Origin: Octopus bimaculoides
Lineage: Eukaryota
Assembly: GCF_001194135.2 (NCBI RefSeq)
Contig: NC_068982.1
Span: forward strand, 60,110,876-60,174,875
DNA length: 64,000 nucleotides
Direction of reading: 5' to 3'
In this document: piece after piece, positions 51,017 to 63,968 of the stretch
How positions within the stretch are numbered: position 1 is the stretch's first letter
Layout of the letters: each line of letters opens with the position of its first letter
Notes under the pieces: generated by a model
Told to the model about the DNA's origin: nothing
Database searches by the model: none
What the model saw: only the letters and a program-made list of their open reading frames with translations
Made by a program: the position numbers and the translations under genes

Positions 51017-51135
51017 GCCTTCAACCCATTGTTGTTATGAGAATGTAGTTTGCTGTTACAGTCAGCGGTAACCATAATAGAGCTGACAAGTGCCTTGCAG
51101 TACTGAGTATATAGTATTTTGAAGCACTGGCTGTT
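51017..51135 (-). CDS. Candidate exon (NSQCFKILYTQYCKALVSSIMVTADCNSKLHSHNNNGLK)
   Basis: Acceptor CTTTTAAACTTCAG, donor GTAAGT, one fully open frame. Confidence 0.25.
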
Positions 51136-53011
51136 CTGAAGTTTAAAAGTCTAATGCAACATAACCATCTGTCACTTGCAAGTGAGTAGGGTTTAGCCTC
51201 ATGTAACATCTAACATATACCACACTTTCACTAATTGTTTTAGGCACCTATGTAGTTACAAGTGTACACCTTCTCTGCTCCATCACCTTTGACCCAGGGG
51301 AGCATCAAGCACATGAAAACTAGTGGGAGAGAGCTGTATCAGCAACTGGTTTGAACTCATAATCTCAAAGCTGACTGTAGCTATGTGAAATGGTGTGTTT
51401 TGCTCAAGGCATAATACACCACCCAATCCAGGAATCACATCCCCAACCTTACTATCAAGGGTCAAATATATCTAGTCTCTTAGGTACATGCCTTCACATA
51501 TTGATATATCTGGTTTGGAAAAGACATGTAATAATTGACTCAGTGTATCACACCTGCATGAGATAAAAATTTCCACCAACTTCACAAAACTTTTTGCTTA
51601 ATTTTAGTATTTCATTTATGGTCATATATTGGTTTACAGTTCTTATTTAACTTGTAGAATTTTATCAAGCTAGTGTTATGTCCAGTAACATTTCTTAGGT
51701 CAAAATGACTGGAATGAAATAACCACCAACTCAGTTTCTTATGTGTAATTCTGTCAGAAGAATCAAAATTAACGACATTGCTCATAGGTACTAAAACACC
51801 TGAAGGTGAGAGGAGAAAATTCTTGCAGAATTGTTATAATAAAATCATCATTAATAGTAAGGTCAGTTAATAATTGGTATGCTTGCAGCAGAATACATTT
51901 GGCACTAAGAGCTAAGTTAAATCTCACAACTGTCACAAGCACATCTTAGTGTTGTCACTTTGTGTGAAAGCAGACAATAACCAATGATGATTGTGTCAGG
52001 TATACTGGTGTTGGCCAATTCCATCTGTAAATCAGGCGATAATTGAAACTAGTGTTTCTCTTTGCCAGTTCATCCCCTGGCAACAGTAATACATTTGTTG
52101 CCTCTGCTTAGTTATTTATATCTATTTACAATTACCACCCCTGTGTTAAAGTTTTAAAGTAAATTTACAAGTAATGTGTCGATGCATAAATAATTGCATT
52201 TAACCGAGTAAATAGAAAAATATATTGATACTTAGTGACAAAGATAAATGATTTCCTGACGACTAGAATGAAAGAATGTTGGGAACAAGAAACTAATTTA
52301 AAAGTCATAAAACAAGGAACTAATTTAAAAGTCAAAAACCTGAGGACAGATTTACTGGCAAAAGTTTTAATAATGAATATTTCAAATAACAATAAGGGAA
52401 TTTATATAAATACCACAAGAGAACGATAGAATAATTTGTTTAAAGAGATTTTAATGGCTAAGTAATCAATTGTCATTGTTAATCCAACTAGGGTGGTGGC
52501 ATTTAGAGATTATTCCTAATCTGGGATTATTTGTACCAAAATGACAATGGACATATTTTAAATCTCAGGATTTTATCATTTTATTTCATCTATAAATATA
52601 ATTAGTTTTCAGTTTAGCATTGGATTCATTGAGATTAAGATACCAGATAGCATTGGCTTTATCATGTACAATTAATTTTTTTTTATGGATTTTGTATTTA
52701 TGAAAAGATTATTGATATTTTGACTTAATATATGTGGTAACAAGGTAAAATATTTCTTTTCAATTTATGAGAATGAAAAATTTGGCATTTCATAAAAGAA
52801 AACAAAAACCTTTTTATCTAAAATTTAAAAAAATGATGATGAAGCTAATGTTGAATAGGTAATTGACTTAACTCCAGTATATTAGTATTTTTGCAATGTA
52901 AAATGATACCTTTCCAGATTGTCTTGTCTGTCTTATCAGATATATATATATATATATATATATATTTCCTGGTAATAAATCGATATTAATTAATATCTGA
53001 TTTTTACCCTA

Positions 53012-53055
<44 letters not shown>

Positions 53056-53663
53056 TAGATATCATCATCATTTAATGTCTGTTTCCCATGCTGGCATGAG
53101 TTGGATGGTATGAGAAGTGCAGGCAAACTAGAGGAATTATACCAGTTCTATTGTTTGCTTTGGGGATGGTCTCTACAGGTGGATGCCAAATGCCAACCAT
53201 TTTTCAGAGTGTACTTAGAGCACTGGTGGGGTCACCAAGCAACTTGCAAGACAAAGTCCCCCTTGATTTAGATGAGTAACATTGAGGAAGTGGCTTTGTG
53301 CCAATTGATGAGAGGTGTAAAAAGAATAATAAAGGGATATGATGATACCCCAGTTGGAGAACCCGGGAAAAGATGACAAATCTAGAAAGATAGAGATGGA
53401 GAGCATGAGAATGAAATATATATATGCATGCATATATGTGTGTGTGTACATATATATTGATCGCTAGCCACTAAACCATTTTTAATTTTCTCTCTCTGTT
53501 TATTTCTGTGTTCCTTTCTGTTGAAGAGCATAGGCTCAAAATTTAAAAGACTTCTTCACATCCCGAGCGTTAAACTAATACATCTGTTTATTGTTTACAC
53601 ACTCATTTTCATATTTTGTTTTCTTTGCTTTTTTTGTAAATTCCAACTATATATGTATATGTA

Positions 53664-53712
<49 letters not shown>

Positions 53713-53725
53713 ATATATATATGCT

Positions 53726-54058
53726 GAGACCCCCTTCGGTCATGACTGACCATGGGATTGCGCCTAGAAAGTTACCCTCCCAGGCACAAGTCCAGGCAAG
53801 GTTGTTTATGGAAGACCAGCAGTCGCCCATGCATACTGGCCTCCCCTATTCACACCACCAGTGTTATCCAAGGGAAAGGCAAAGGCTGATACAGCTTGAC
53901 ACCTGTGATGTCACAACTCATTTCTACAGCTGAATGAACTGGAGCAACGTGAAATAAAGTGTCTTGCTCAAGAACACAACACGCAGCTCAGTCTGGGATT
54001 CGAACTCACAACCTCACAATCATAAGCTCGATGCTCTAACCACTGAGTCATGTGCCTT

Positions 54059-54060
<2 letters not shown>
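53726..54060 (-). mobile_element. tRNA-derived SINE family E, complete copy
   Basis: Minus strand TGAAGGCACATGACTCAGTGG (A box), GAGTTCGAATCCC (B box), GTGTTCTTGAGCAAGACACTTTA core; fragments at ~51275-51450 and ~61905-62020. Confidence 0.9.
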
Positions 54061-54090
<30 letters not shown>

Positions 54091-54220
54091 AGGAGAAAAA
54101 CAATGAGTCTTAAATCTATGAATGAGAAATAAGTAGTAACAGTACTACAGAGTAAAGTCTATTTGCCAACATAAAGTGGCAATCCTGATTAGGACCTTGA
54201 ACAAGAGAACTTAAGTCCCC

Positions 54221-54226
54221 ACTCAG

Positions 54227-54260
<34 letters not shown>

Positions 54261-55020
54261 CCCGGTGTTGCCTGGGTTACTGCTGTCCTTATTCAGATTA
54301 GTAAACAAGAAATATAAAGATATATTTTATTCTCATGATTATATCTAAATATCTATATTTTATTTTAAAAAATATCCAAATTGTAATGATAATAGAATTT
54401 AGAACTGAAAGTCTGTCAATCTTGAAGCACCTCAGGTTAAAGAATATTCGTTGTGTAATATTTTGTTAGTGTCCAAATGAATAAATTGTTGCAACTTTGA
54501 ACCCATGAGCAGCCAACATAGAGTTGGTCATGAGAGAAGCATGTAGTAGAGAGATGAAGTCCAAATACCTTGAGGGAATGACTCTGAGATTAATTAATTG
54601 AAATACCAATACTTAGTTTGACTGGAAACTGAAGCCTCTTAAATTCAAATGGAACATCTGTAGGTATGAGAGAAAATTTTGGAATAATGACATTTTCTTC
54701 TTTGTGACTACTTGTTATGACTGTTGCATGTAGGACATGGAGCTTCATGTAACAATTAAGTAAGTTCCATTACACAGGTGAGATAGGTCAAGATTCCTAA
54801 GCAACAATAGGAGCATCCAGCTTTAGTGTCAAGTTATGTGGTGACAATGCAGCAGGTTTAAACGTGTTCAGAAATTCAACAACCTGATCTTGATCGACTG
54901 TCGTGAGAATTGGTGGAAAAGTCATTTCTGATGTATCTGTTAACTTTTGAAGAAGTTTATGATTGAGTTTATCAACCATTTCATTAAGTGGAGCCAGTAC
55001 AGCTCTTTCACATAACCAGT
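54221..55020 (-). mobile_element. Helitron 3' remnant with PIF1 helicase C-terminus
   Basis: WLCERAVLAPLNE, VEFLNT, LRNLDLSHLCNGT, IPTDVPFEFKRLQFPVKL, CFSHDQLYVGCS; 3' hairpin CCCAGG-CAAC-ACCGGG at 54261-54276. Confidence 0.92.
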
Positions 55021-55996
55021 TTACCTGTGTCTAATTGGCAATCACACATACACATTCACATACACTGATGCACACATACACTCTTACATACACTCACATA
55101 CGTATACTAAGACAGATACATACAGACATACATTTACGTAACAAATGCGCAAACGCACACACACTCAGAGACACATACTCATATACAAAATGTGTCATCT
55201 TTTGTAATGAACATGCAAACACACACTCACAGTCACATACACACTCATATACAAAATGTGTTGTCATCATTGTAATCATGGTACAAAATGTCCTTTACTC
55301 TATAATTGACTATAGAAAGATTATTTTAGATAAAATGTTATACTGTTTTAACCCAAATAAAAATTACATGTTAACACTTGCAGGATTTAATACTGTTACC
55401 TTGTAAAATTTGACTTTATTTGGTGCAGCCATTTGAGAATGCATAGGGAACAGACAGACAGACAAACAAAGAATTTTATATATATATAGATATATATATA
55501 TCCTTATACATGAATTTATATACATATACTCATTCATATATTTACATACATACATACATATATATATACATATACATACATACACATATATATATATAAA
55601 GATGTATATCTTAATATATAAATCTGAAGTTGTGTGTCTGTGTGAAGCTTTTTTGAATGTTTATAGAAATCCACATTTTCCACTTTTTCGTAAAAATTCC
55701 GTTTACTTTGTGTGATTTAAGGGAGATTTGGCTGTTGTTTCTAGCAACTTTTATATTTCATCCCTTCTACCTGGAACGTCATTCTTACACACACGCTCAA
55801 CATAAAAATATAGAGAGTAAGAGTAAAAGAGGGTGAGGGAGAGAGAGAGAAAGTGATACATACAACGTCATAGATTAAACTTTCATCTCAGTATTCTTTA
55901 CCTATTTTTCATAACATAGATACGTAAAAACACACACAACCACACATACATGACCTGTGACAACAACATACACATTGCTCTCAATCTCTATTCATT

Positions 55997-56337
55997 NNNN
56001 NNNNNNNNNNNNNNNNNNNNNNNNNNNNNNNNNNNNNNNNNNNNNNNNNNNNNNNNNNNNNNNNNNNNNNNNNNNNNNNNNNNNNNNNNNNNNNNNNNNN
56101 NNNNNNNNNNNNNNNNNNNNNNNNNNNNNNNNNNNNNNNNNNNNNNNNNNNNNNNNNNNNNNNNNNNNNNNNNNNNNNNNNNNNNNNNNNNNNNNNNNNN
56201 NNNNNNNNNNNNNNNNNNNNNNNNNNNNNNNNNNNNNNNNNNNNNNNNNNNNNNNNNNNNNNNNNNNNNNNNNNNNNNNNNNNNNNNNNNNNNNNNNNNN
56301 NNNNNNNNNNNNNNNNNNNNNNNNNNNNNNNNNNNNN
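55997..56337. other. Assembly gap
   Basis: N-run. Confidence 1.
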
Positions 56338-56645
56338 GAAGGAAACAACTGCACGTTATTTTTGAGAAGTGTTCCCCACTCGGCGGTGTTTCGGAGCAAG
56401 TCGTCCATATTTGTTTCATTTTTCTCTATTATGTGCTTATGTGCATCCTTAGATTTCTAATGAAGTAATAGGCAGTGAAGAGAAGCAGTCATAAGAAAAC
56501 TTTTAACTACCCCTATTCCTTTCTCTCCCCCTCTCTACCTCTTCCTCTCTCGCTCTCTCAAAAGCATACGCGTGCAAGTACACAATCATTCAGTAAAATA
56601 TAACTCATGTTCGTCAATGTTTTGTAAATTTACCACGATTTTCAC

Positions 56646-56784
56646 TAAGGTGTTAGGGTTAGGGTTTTAGGGTCAGGGTTAGGGTTTAGGATTAATGTTA
56701 CGGCTACAATTTTTAGGGTCAGGGTTAGGGTTTAGGATTAGTGTTAGGGTTAGTGTTAGGATTAGGTTTAGGATTAAGGTTGGG
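56646..56784 (+). repeat. Degenerate TTAGGG-like tandem repeat
   Basis: GTTAGGGTTAGGGTTTTAGGGTCAGGGTTAGGGTTTAGGA... Confidence 0.9.
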
Positions 56785-57344
56785 TAATCGTGCGGGTGTT
56801 AATCTGAAAAATTACAGATATGTGAAAAGTACCGACATTGCCATCTATTATAACTTTTGTTGTTCTGTTTAATATATACATAGATTATGCCTCCAAAGAA
56901 GAGAGTTTGCTGGGGAAAGACAGCAACCGGTTTAAAATGACAGCCACAGACTGCAGCAATTCACCACATTCCAGTAGCTACTTTGAACATAATGCAAAAT
57001 GGTGTATCAACACCTTCTGCCCAATCTGATAGAATTCTGGCAAAACTGTTTAGCAACAGATCGCCAGCAATTGCTTCATCACAAATTGCCATCCTAGCTC
57101 CTGTGAAAAGGGATTACCCTGCTATGTATAATCAGGGCAGCGCAAAAAGTTGTTTTGCACAAGCATTTCTATAGCCAATTACACGGATGAAATTTACGTA
57201 TGCTTAATAATTGTACGCAAAACAGCCTTCAGACTTTCCCTATTAATTCCAAGGTCGGGTTATACTGCTAGTACATATATAAATATATGTATATATATTC
57301 ACATACATACATAAATATTATATATATAAATACATATATTTATG

Positions 57345-57381
<37 letters not shown>

Positions 57382-58158
57382 AAAATCGAGTTGATATCAT
57401 GTAATAAATATGACAACTCAGATCTGAATTTTCTGAACTTCCTCGAGAAATCTAAGCTTACTTTGTTTAGCAAAATTTTCATGAATAAATAAAAAGAAAA
57501 TACCAATATCTATGTGAAATTACTGTTTGATGCAAGATATTTGCATATAATATTGCAAGATATATAAGAACTTCACTAAAATTTGACAAGAGACAACTTT
57601 TCTGATAATAATTTATCTTATAAGTTCTGAAGATTAGATTTGTTTTTATTCTTTTATTAAGTAAAACAAAAAAAAAAATGTATGCTAGCAAGAGCATTTT
57701 CTGTAGTCGATCATTAAAATGTCTTTATTCATGACTGGTGCCAAAAACCTGAAGCAATATTTGCAAGAAATTATCTTCTATTATTTTTTTTTTGTATTTA
57801 TTTATTGTTTTTTTAACTTCAACCATGCTTTCTATGATGTCTTCTTCGTTATATAAGTCTCGCCACTTGCTAAAGTTTTTCAAGTCACTTCTGATTAGTG
57901 TTCATATAAGAAACAATGGATTAAAGTTATTTAGAAAGACAATTACTAATATGCATATTTAACTAATTCCCTGAGCTATATTGCAATATCCCATACCAAC
58001 AGATAAGATGATTCTGTTGAAGATTTTTACCATTATACAATACTGATTTCTTTCAGTTCTTAATCACATATCACATAAATAGCATAGTGTAATTATAAAG
58101 TTGAAGAAGCATCGTAATCTCTCAAGTAATATGGTTCTCATGTAAGTGAAATAGCAAA

Positions 58159-58643
58159 TATGAGATCTGATCGAAAAGTATCAAGACTGTTGCTATGGTA
58201 ACAGGGTTAACGTAAACAGAGTGAAGCTGCTTGGAACACAGTGACCTTGAACTCTGTCACTCATGCATGCTAAGTTATAATGTTCTCACTCACTTCTGTC
58301 ATTTAGAGCAGGGCTTGGAAGTAAAGTGAGTAGAGTGTGGTTGTCTCACCACACCACAGAGGTTCTATCAGTGACCATGGCAGAGAAAATTCAGCAGAGA
58401 ATCTGCATCAATAAGGTTTCTTGATGTTGATGAAATCCAAGAGAATGCAAAAGGGCAGCTGCTTGCTATCCCAAAAAATGAGTTTCAGGAATGCATCCAT
58501 CAATGGAAAGGATGCAGGATAAAGTGTGTGGCTTCAGAAGGGGACTACTTCAAAGGAGATTGAATGCTGAATCGATATGTGTTGTATTTTTTTTTTTTTT
58601 TTGTAATAATACCAACCCCAATACTTTTTGATTAGTCCCCGTA
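58159..58643 (+). mobile_element. Internally deleted mariner
   Basis: TIRs TATGAGATCTGATCGAAAAGTATC / AATACTTTTTGATTAGTCCCCGTA; MAEKIQQRICI fused to RFLDVDEIQEN...KCVASEGDYFKGD*. Confidence 0.88.
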
Positions 58644-58757
58644 TGTTGCATTTTAATTTCGACTTGATCTCTGAGCAGTAATGGCTGGGTAGTTAAGAGG
58701 TTTACTCTGTGTATGGTTCCAGATTCAATATCTCTGTGTGACACCTTATATGTATAT

Positions 58758-58909
58758 NNNNNNNNNNNNNNNNNNNNNNNNNNNNNNNNNNNNNNNNNNN
58801 NNNNNNNNNNNNNNNNNNNNNNNNNNNNNNNNNNNNNNNNNNNNNNNNNNNNNNNNNNNNNNNNNNNNNNNNNNNNNNNNNNNNNNNNNNNNNNNNNNNN
58901 NNNNNNNNN
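58758..58909. other. Assembly gap next to a SINE A head (58660-58757, minus)
   Basis: N-run. Confidence 1.
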
Positions 58910-58950
<41 letters not shown>

Positions 58951-59029
58951 TACGTGTGTGTGTGTGTGTATGTGTGTGTAGATATATAGATAGATAGATT
59001 TTTTTTTTAGTTTGTTATGATATGTGGTT

Positions 59030-59831
59030 TACGCCTGAAGAATAGTATAGCAGGATCAGTTGGGCACCATTTGTGAGAAAAACACCACCATGACACAATT
59101 CACTCTGCCAGAAATTTGGAAACAACATGCTGTACTGCTTGGCTATGTGCCAGAAGCTCCAGCATGAACATTTCAGAGTGTTTGGGTGTCAATCTGAAGA
59201 CATGTACCGAGAGTGATGAAAATCAAACATCCAGTCACGATCATGCTGCTTGGAGTGATCACTAGTGATAGCAGTGTTATGTCTCCCTTCATCTTCCTCC
59301 ACGGCCTCAGACTCAACATAGAGACCTACATCAAGTGCCTGGAGAAGTCATTACTGCCCTGAGTCAAGAGGAAGGCTGCTGGAAGACCCTATGTCTGGCA
59401 ACAGGACTCTGAATCATGCCACACAAGCAGGAGAACCCAGTCATGACTGTCAGACAATTTATGCAACTACATCACTCCTAACATCTGGCCACCTAACTCC
59501 CCAGACTGCAACCCCTTAATTATTATGTGAGGGGCACAGTCTAGCAAGAGACCAACATAACTCCTTGTAACACCAAAGATGAAATGAAGGTAAGGATTAT
59601 GGCAGCATTGACCAACTTAAACAAGGAGACCAACCAGAAGAGTTGCAGGAGATTCCGAAGTCATTTGGAAGCTGTGGTTGAAGCCAATGGCGATTTTATT
59701 GAATAAATTTACTCCTTAGTATTTCAAGATATTTTTATGTGGTTTTGGTAAATATATCTGTTAAAATGAGATGTCAGTGTTATTTTCATGTTTGCATAAT
59801 TTAGATGGCAATATATCCACTGCACCCTGTA
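59030..59831 (+). mobile_element. DD37D (maT-type) transposase relic with right TIR
   Basis: YVWQQDSESCHTSRRTQ...WPPNSPDCNP: 37 residues between the second and third D positions; AVVEANGDFIE* end; CACTGCACCCTGTA terminus. Confidence 0.88.
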
Positions 59832-59859
59832 TGTGTGTGTGTGTGTGTGTACATATATG

Positions 59860-59899
<40 letters not shown>

Positions 59900-59961
59900 C
59901 ATGTGTTTGTGTATATATATCTGTATGCTAATATGTATATATATGTACATGTGTGTTTGTA

Positions 59962-60801
59962 TATGAGGTCTGACCAATAAGTATCCTGGCTGTTGCCATA
60001 GTAAAGCACACAAAGTGAAGCCACTTGGCACAGATGACCTTGACCCCCCGCTATGCATGCACACTAAGTTTTAATGTTGTGGTTCACTTCCGCTGTTTAC
60101 AGCAGTGCTCAGAAGGAAGGCGTGTAATGTGATCATTGCATTGACCATGACAGAGAAAGTTGTCATGACGACACCTGTTCAGAGGCCTACACAAGGTTGC
60201 AGAAAGTGCATGGAGAGGAGTGTATGAGCTGCACACATGTGGACAAGTGGCTCAGACGTTTCCAAGATGGCTGAAAAAATGCTGCTAAAAACATGAGAAA
60301 AACTGAGAAAAACATTGCAGATGTGTATGCAGCTGAGAGGGAAAATCGTTGAATCACCATCCTTGAGTTACCAGAGGAGGTGCAGATTAGTTACAGTTCA
60401 GTTCAGTCCATTATCCCAGAAGATTTGGGTATGAGACACATGTTTGCCAAGTTTGTGTCAAAACTGCTTTCAGCTGACCAAAAAGACACTCAGGTTTCAA
60501 TCTCCTTGATTGTATTGAGAACAATGTAAACTTTTTAAAAACTTTGCATAGGCCTCTGAGCAGGTATTGCCAAGCTTTTGGCAAAATTTGATGCAAATTC
60601 TCTGCTCAACTTTCCCTGTCATGGTCAGGGTAGTGACGATCACAAGCACTGCTGTAAACAGCAGAAGTAGGCTAGAATGTTAAAACTTAGTGCACATGCA
60701 CTGCAGAGTTCAAGGTCAATCTGTGCCAAGCAGCTTCACTCTACATGCTTTAGCTTCGTTACAATGGCAACAGTCCAGATACTTATTGATCAGACCACGT
60801 A
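59962..60801. mobile_element. Head-to-head mariner derivative made of two 5' ends
   Basis: Plus: TIR + MTEKV...KWLRRFQDG...FVSKLLSADQK; minus: TIR + MTGKVEQRICIKFCQKLGNTCSEAY. Confidence 0.88.
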
Positions 60802-60995
60802 TATATATATATACACACACATATGTGTGTTTACATACATAACATGCATATTACTGGAGCACCAATACAGCAACAGTAAGGGTTACAAATAAACAAACAT
60901 ACTTTCAGACAAACATACTATCAGACTCATTCATATCTCAAACGTATTTTGTTTCATTGTGAAATTACTTCTTCTCTGTGTGTGTGTGTGTTTGC

Positions 60996-61043
<48 letters not shown>

Positions 61044-62069
61044 TGAATTTGCAATCATTTCTCTATTTAAAATCACCTTTCAAATTTTTATCTGCAGTTC
61101 AATGCTGAATCAGGTAAAAACTATTAAATTTGAATAACTGATTCTGAAAAAAATCACCTCCTAAAGCAAGATGGCCACAAGTTAATCTTCAACCAGGATT
61201 ATCTATTAGATTAAAGCCTAAATGTTGTTTTAATGATGTCAACTCTTTATGTATGCATAACTACTAGAGTTATAAAGAAAGGAAGAAATCTGAGACAGAG
61301 TAAAGGAAAGATAGAGATATACAGAGATGGACAGATAGAGAGAGAGAGAGGTCACTAAAAGTTGGTAATTAGAAGACTGAGTGCTTAAAGCTTACTTCCC
61401 TATTTAAATTTTGTTGTTATGAGAGATTGATTAATCATAGATCATTTCTGTTTTACAGACCTGTGCTGGTGCCACGTTAAAAACAGCCAGTGCACACTGT
61501 AAAGTGGTTGGCATTAGGAAGGGCATCCAGCTGTAGAAACCATACCAAATCAGACTGGAACTTGGTGCAGCTCACCAACCTCATGCTAGCATCGAAAACA
61601 GATTTTAAAGGATGGTGATGAGATCTATGATCAGAAGTCATTCCATAAGTGACTATCTCATCAACATGCATGTCTAAGACTGTGTTGTCCAATGTACAAG
61701 TCCTATTTTATCATTTGATGGCTACAATTTCTGGCAAGTCCAGAAACTGTAGAAAGGCTTCTTCTATTGTTTTCATTCATTGTGTGTAGTAATATCTTAC
61801 TAGTGTAAAGGTCAATACAGATAGGGGATTGTGATAGCATATTATTGTGTTGATCAATGCAAAATAATTGATGGTGATATATTACTGTGATAGTTAGTAC
61901 AAAATAGTGAAATGATGTATATTGCTCAAGGACACGACTTATCATCATGAACTGAGCAGGAATTGAACACACAACCTTATCATCATGAGCCATGCACCCA
62001 AATCATAAGCCTTGTGCCTCCACCAAATTCAGTTGAAATATCAAATCTTACAAGAATCAATTTTGCCTA

Positions 62070-62245
62070 AAAAAACAAAATTCTGATGGGAGGGAAATAG
62101 TCGACTACACTAATCTCAGTACTCAACTGGTACCTATTTTATCGACCTCAAAAGGATGAAAGGCAAAATCAACCTCAGCAGAATCTGAACTCAGAATGTA
62201 AAGACAGACGAAGTACTGCTAAGTATTTTGCCCAGCATGCTAATG
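62070..62245 (-). mobile_element. SINE family B
   Basis: CTGGTACCTATTTTATCGACCTCAAAAGGATGAAAGGC...TTCTGCCAGCTC. Confidence 0.88.
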
Positions 62246-62295
62246 ATTCTGCCAGCTCTCCAACTTAATAATGATGAGGATGGAGATGATAAAAG

Positions 62296-62296
62296 T

Positions 62297-62349
<53 letters not shown>

Positions 62350-62350
62350 A

Positions 62351-62391
<41 letters not shown>

Positions 62392-62503
62392 TAGATAATG
62401 AAGTAAAAGGATAATTTTAGTTTAATGCCAATTTATATTTCTAGCTATGTCATTTCCCCAAACTAAGTCTGAATGTAATAATTACGTAAATGCGACTATA
62501 AGG

Positions 62504-62555
<52 letters not shown>

Positions 62556-62570
62556 ATTATTATTATTATT
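62296..62570. repeat. (AGT)n and (ATT)n microsatellites
   Basis: ~62296-62391 and ~62506-62570. Confidence 0.95.
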
Positions 62571-63968
62571 AAGATATATAGAGTAGAATAAAGCAAACAA
62601 AAAAAAAGGGAAAAAACAAGCAAGTAATGTCAAAATTTATTTGATCTCTACTCACAGCTATTCTAACTAAGGCTTTATTAGAATTATTTGCCTGAAGTGA
62701 GGAATTAATAACCAATTAACATGAAGTCTATAGAATCATATATTTATTCTTCTATGCTGTGAACTAATGAAGTTGGATTCTTGTCTTTCTAAGGATTCTC
62801 ATTGCACAATAATGTCCAATAACTTATAAAACTATTTGCCATTAATGGATCTTAATAGCCAGGCAGAGATAAGACATGCATGCTCACACACTCACACACA
62901 CACATGCACAAATGCATACTGACATAGACACACATGCATACACAAGCAAAAATGCACACAGAAACAAATATACAAAAAGAGGAAGAGAAATAAAACAAAA
63001 ATTCCAATTAATGTTGAAGTCATATTTATTATTCAGCCAGATGTTAAAATTTCTGATGAAAACAAACTTGAAATCAGACACTATAAAGAGTATATAAGAG
63101 CTTTTCTTTTTGGTTGATCTGGAAAGGTCGGTGACAAAAGAGGTCAATTCACTTGCAAGAGTCACACAATAATGGTTTCTTCTATCGTTATGTATCCATC
63201 CAACTTGGTTAGAAAATGAAAAGGCTGATTTCTGGGGATATGTTTTATCAGAGAATTGCAAACTGCTGTCCAAATTATTATTTTCTTTATATTCTATTCT
63301 AAATACACTCTGGGTTGTCTGTCTCAAGATATTTCTTTCTTGATGTCCTTTGGAATAAATAATTCAGTCACTGAAAAGATAAATTGCTCTGATAGAATGT
63401 ATGGCTATGAAATTTGTTGCCAGTTACACTATAATTGTTAAAGAGGGAGATACATGGTTTTTGCTATAAATGTCCCAAATGAGAAGAAATATATTTTATA
63501 TCTCAACAAAAAAGGTCTAAGACGAGTGTTATTTTTCCCTAAATGGTCAAAACATCAAATACAGTGAGAAGCTAGAGAAATGCTATCAATTTTACAGTTC
63601 TAAGCAATAAAAGAATCATTGTGAAATGTTACTAGACAATAAATCTTTCAAACTGCTTTCTTCATGCTTGCTGTTTTTCCTTAGAACATTTTTCTGTGAT
63701 TACAGATTATTGCCAGGTGCCATGGTGCCAATAATATAAACAGGCAACAATTGATTTTTAATCTTTGCAGCAAGACACGGAATTGAACTTCAGAATTCAT
63801 ATTGCAGAGAATTAATGAATACTTTTTATCTAATTTTGCAGGTCACTGTTCAAAATACTTTCTGATTCTTGTATAGATTTTATGTATAAATGGGAAGGAA
63901 AAAAATTCCATACATACAAACACACACACACTCACACATACACACACATGCACATAAATAAAAAAAAT

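Larger units (their letters stand above)
55609..57271 (+). mobile_element. Non-autonomous Helitron (spans gap 55997-56337)
   Basis: A|TCTTAATATATAAA 5' end and GTCGGGTTATACTGCTAG|T 3' end; continuity across the gap assumed. Confidence 0.7.

Noticed and set aside
53990-54060. tRNA gene
   Set aside because: A and B boxes continue into a SINE body; no complete cloverleaf evident
56646-56784. True telomere or chromosome-fusion scar
   Set aside because: Short, highly degenerate, single orientation and enclosed by Helitron termini
62884-63363. 147-aa minus-strand ORF as a coding exon
   Set aside because: No motif recognised; the nearby acceptor leads into frames with stops; the last part is microsatellite
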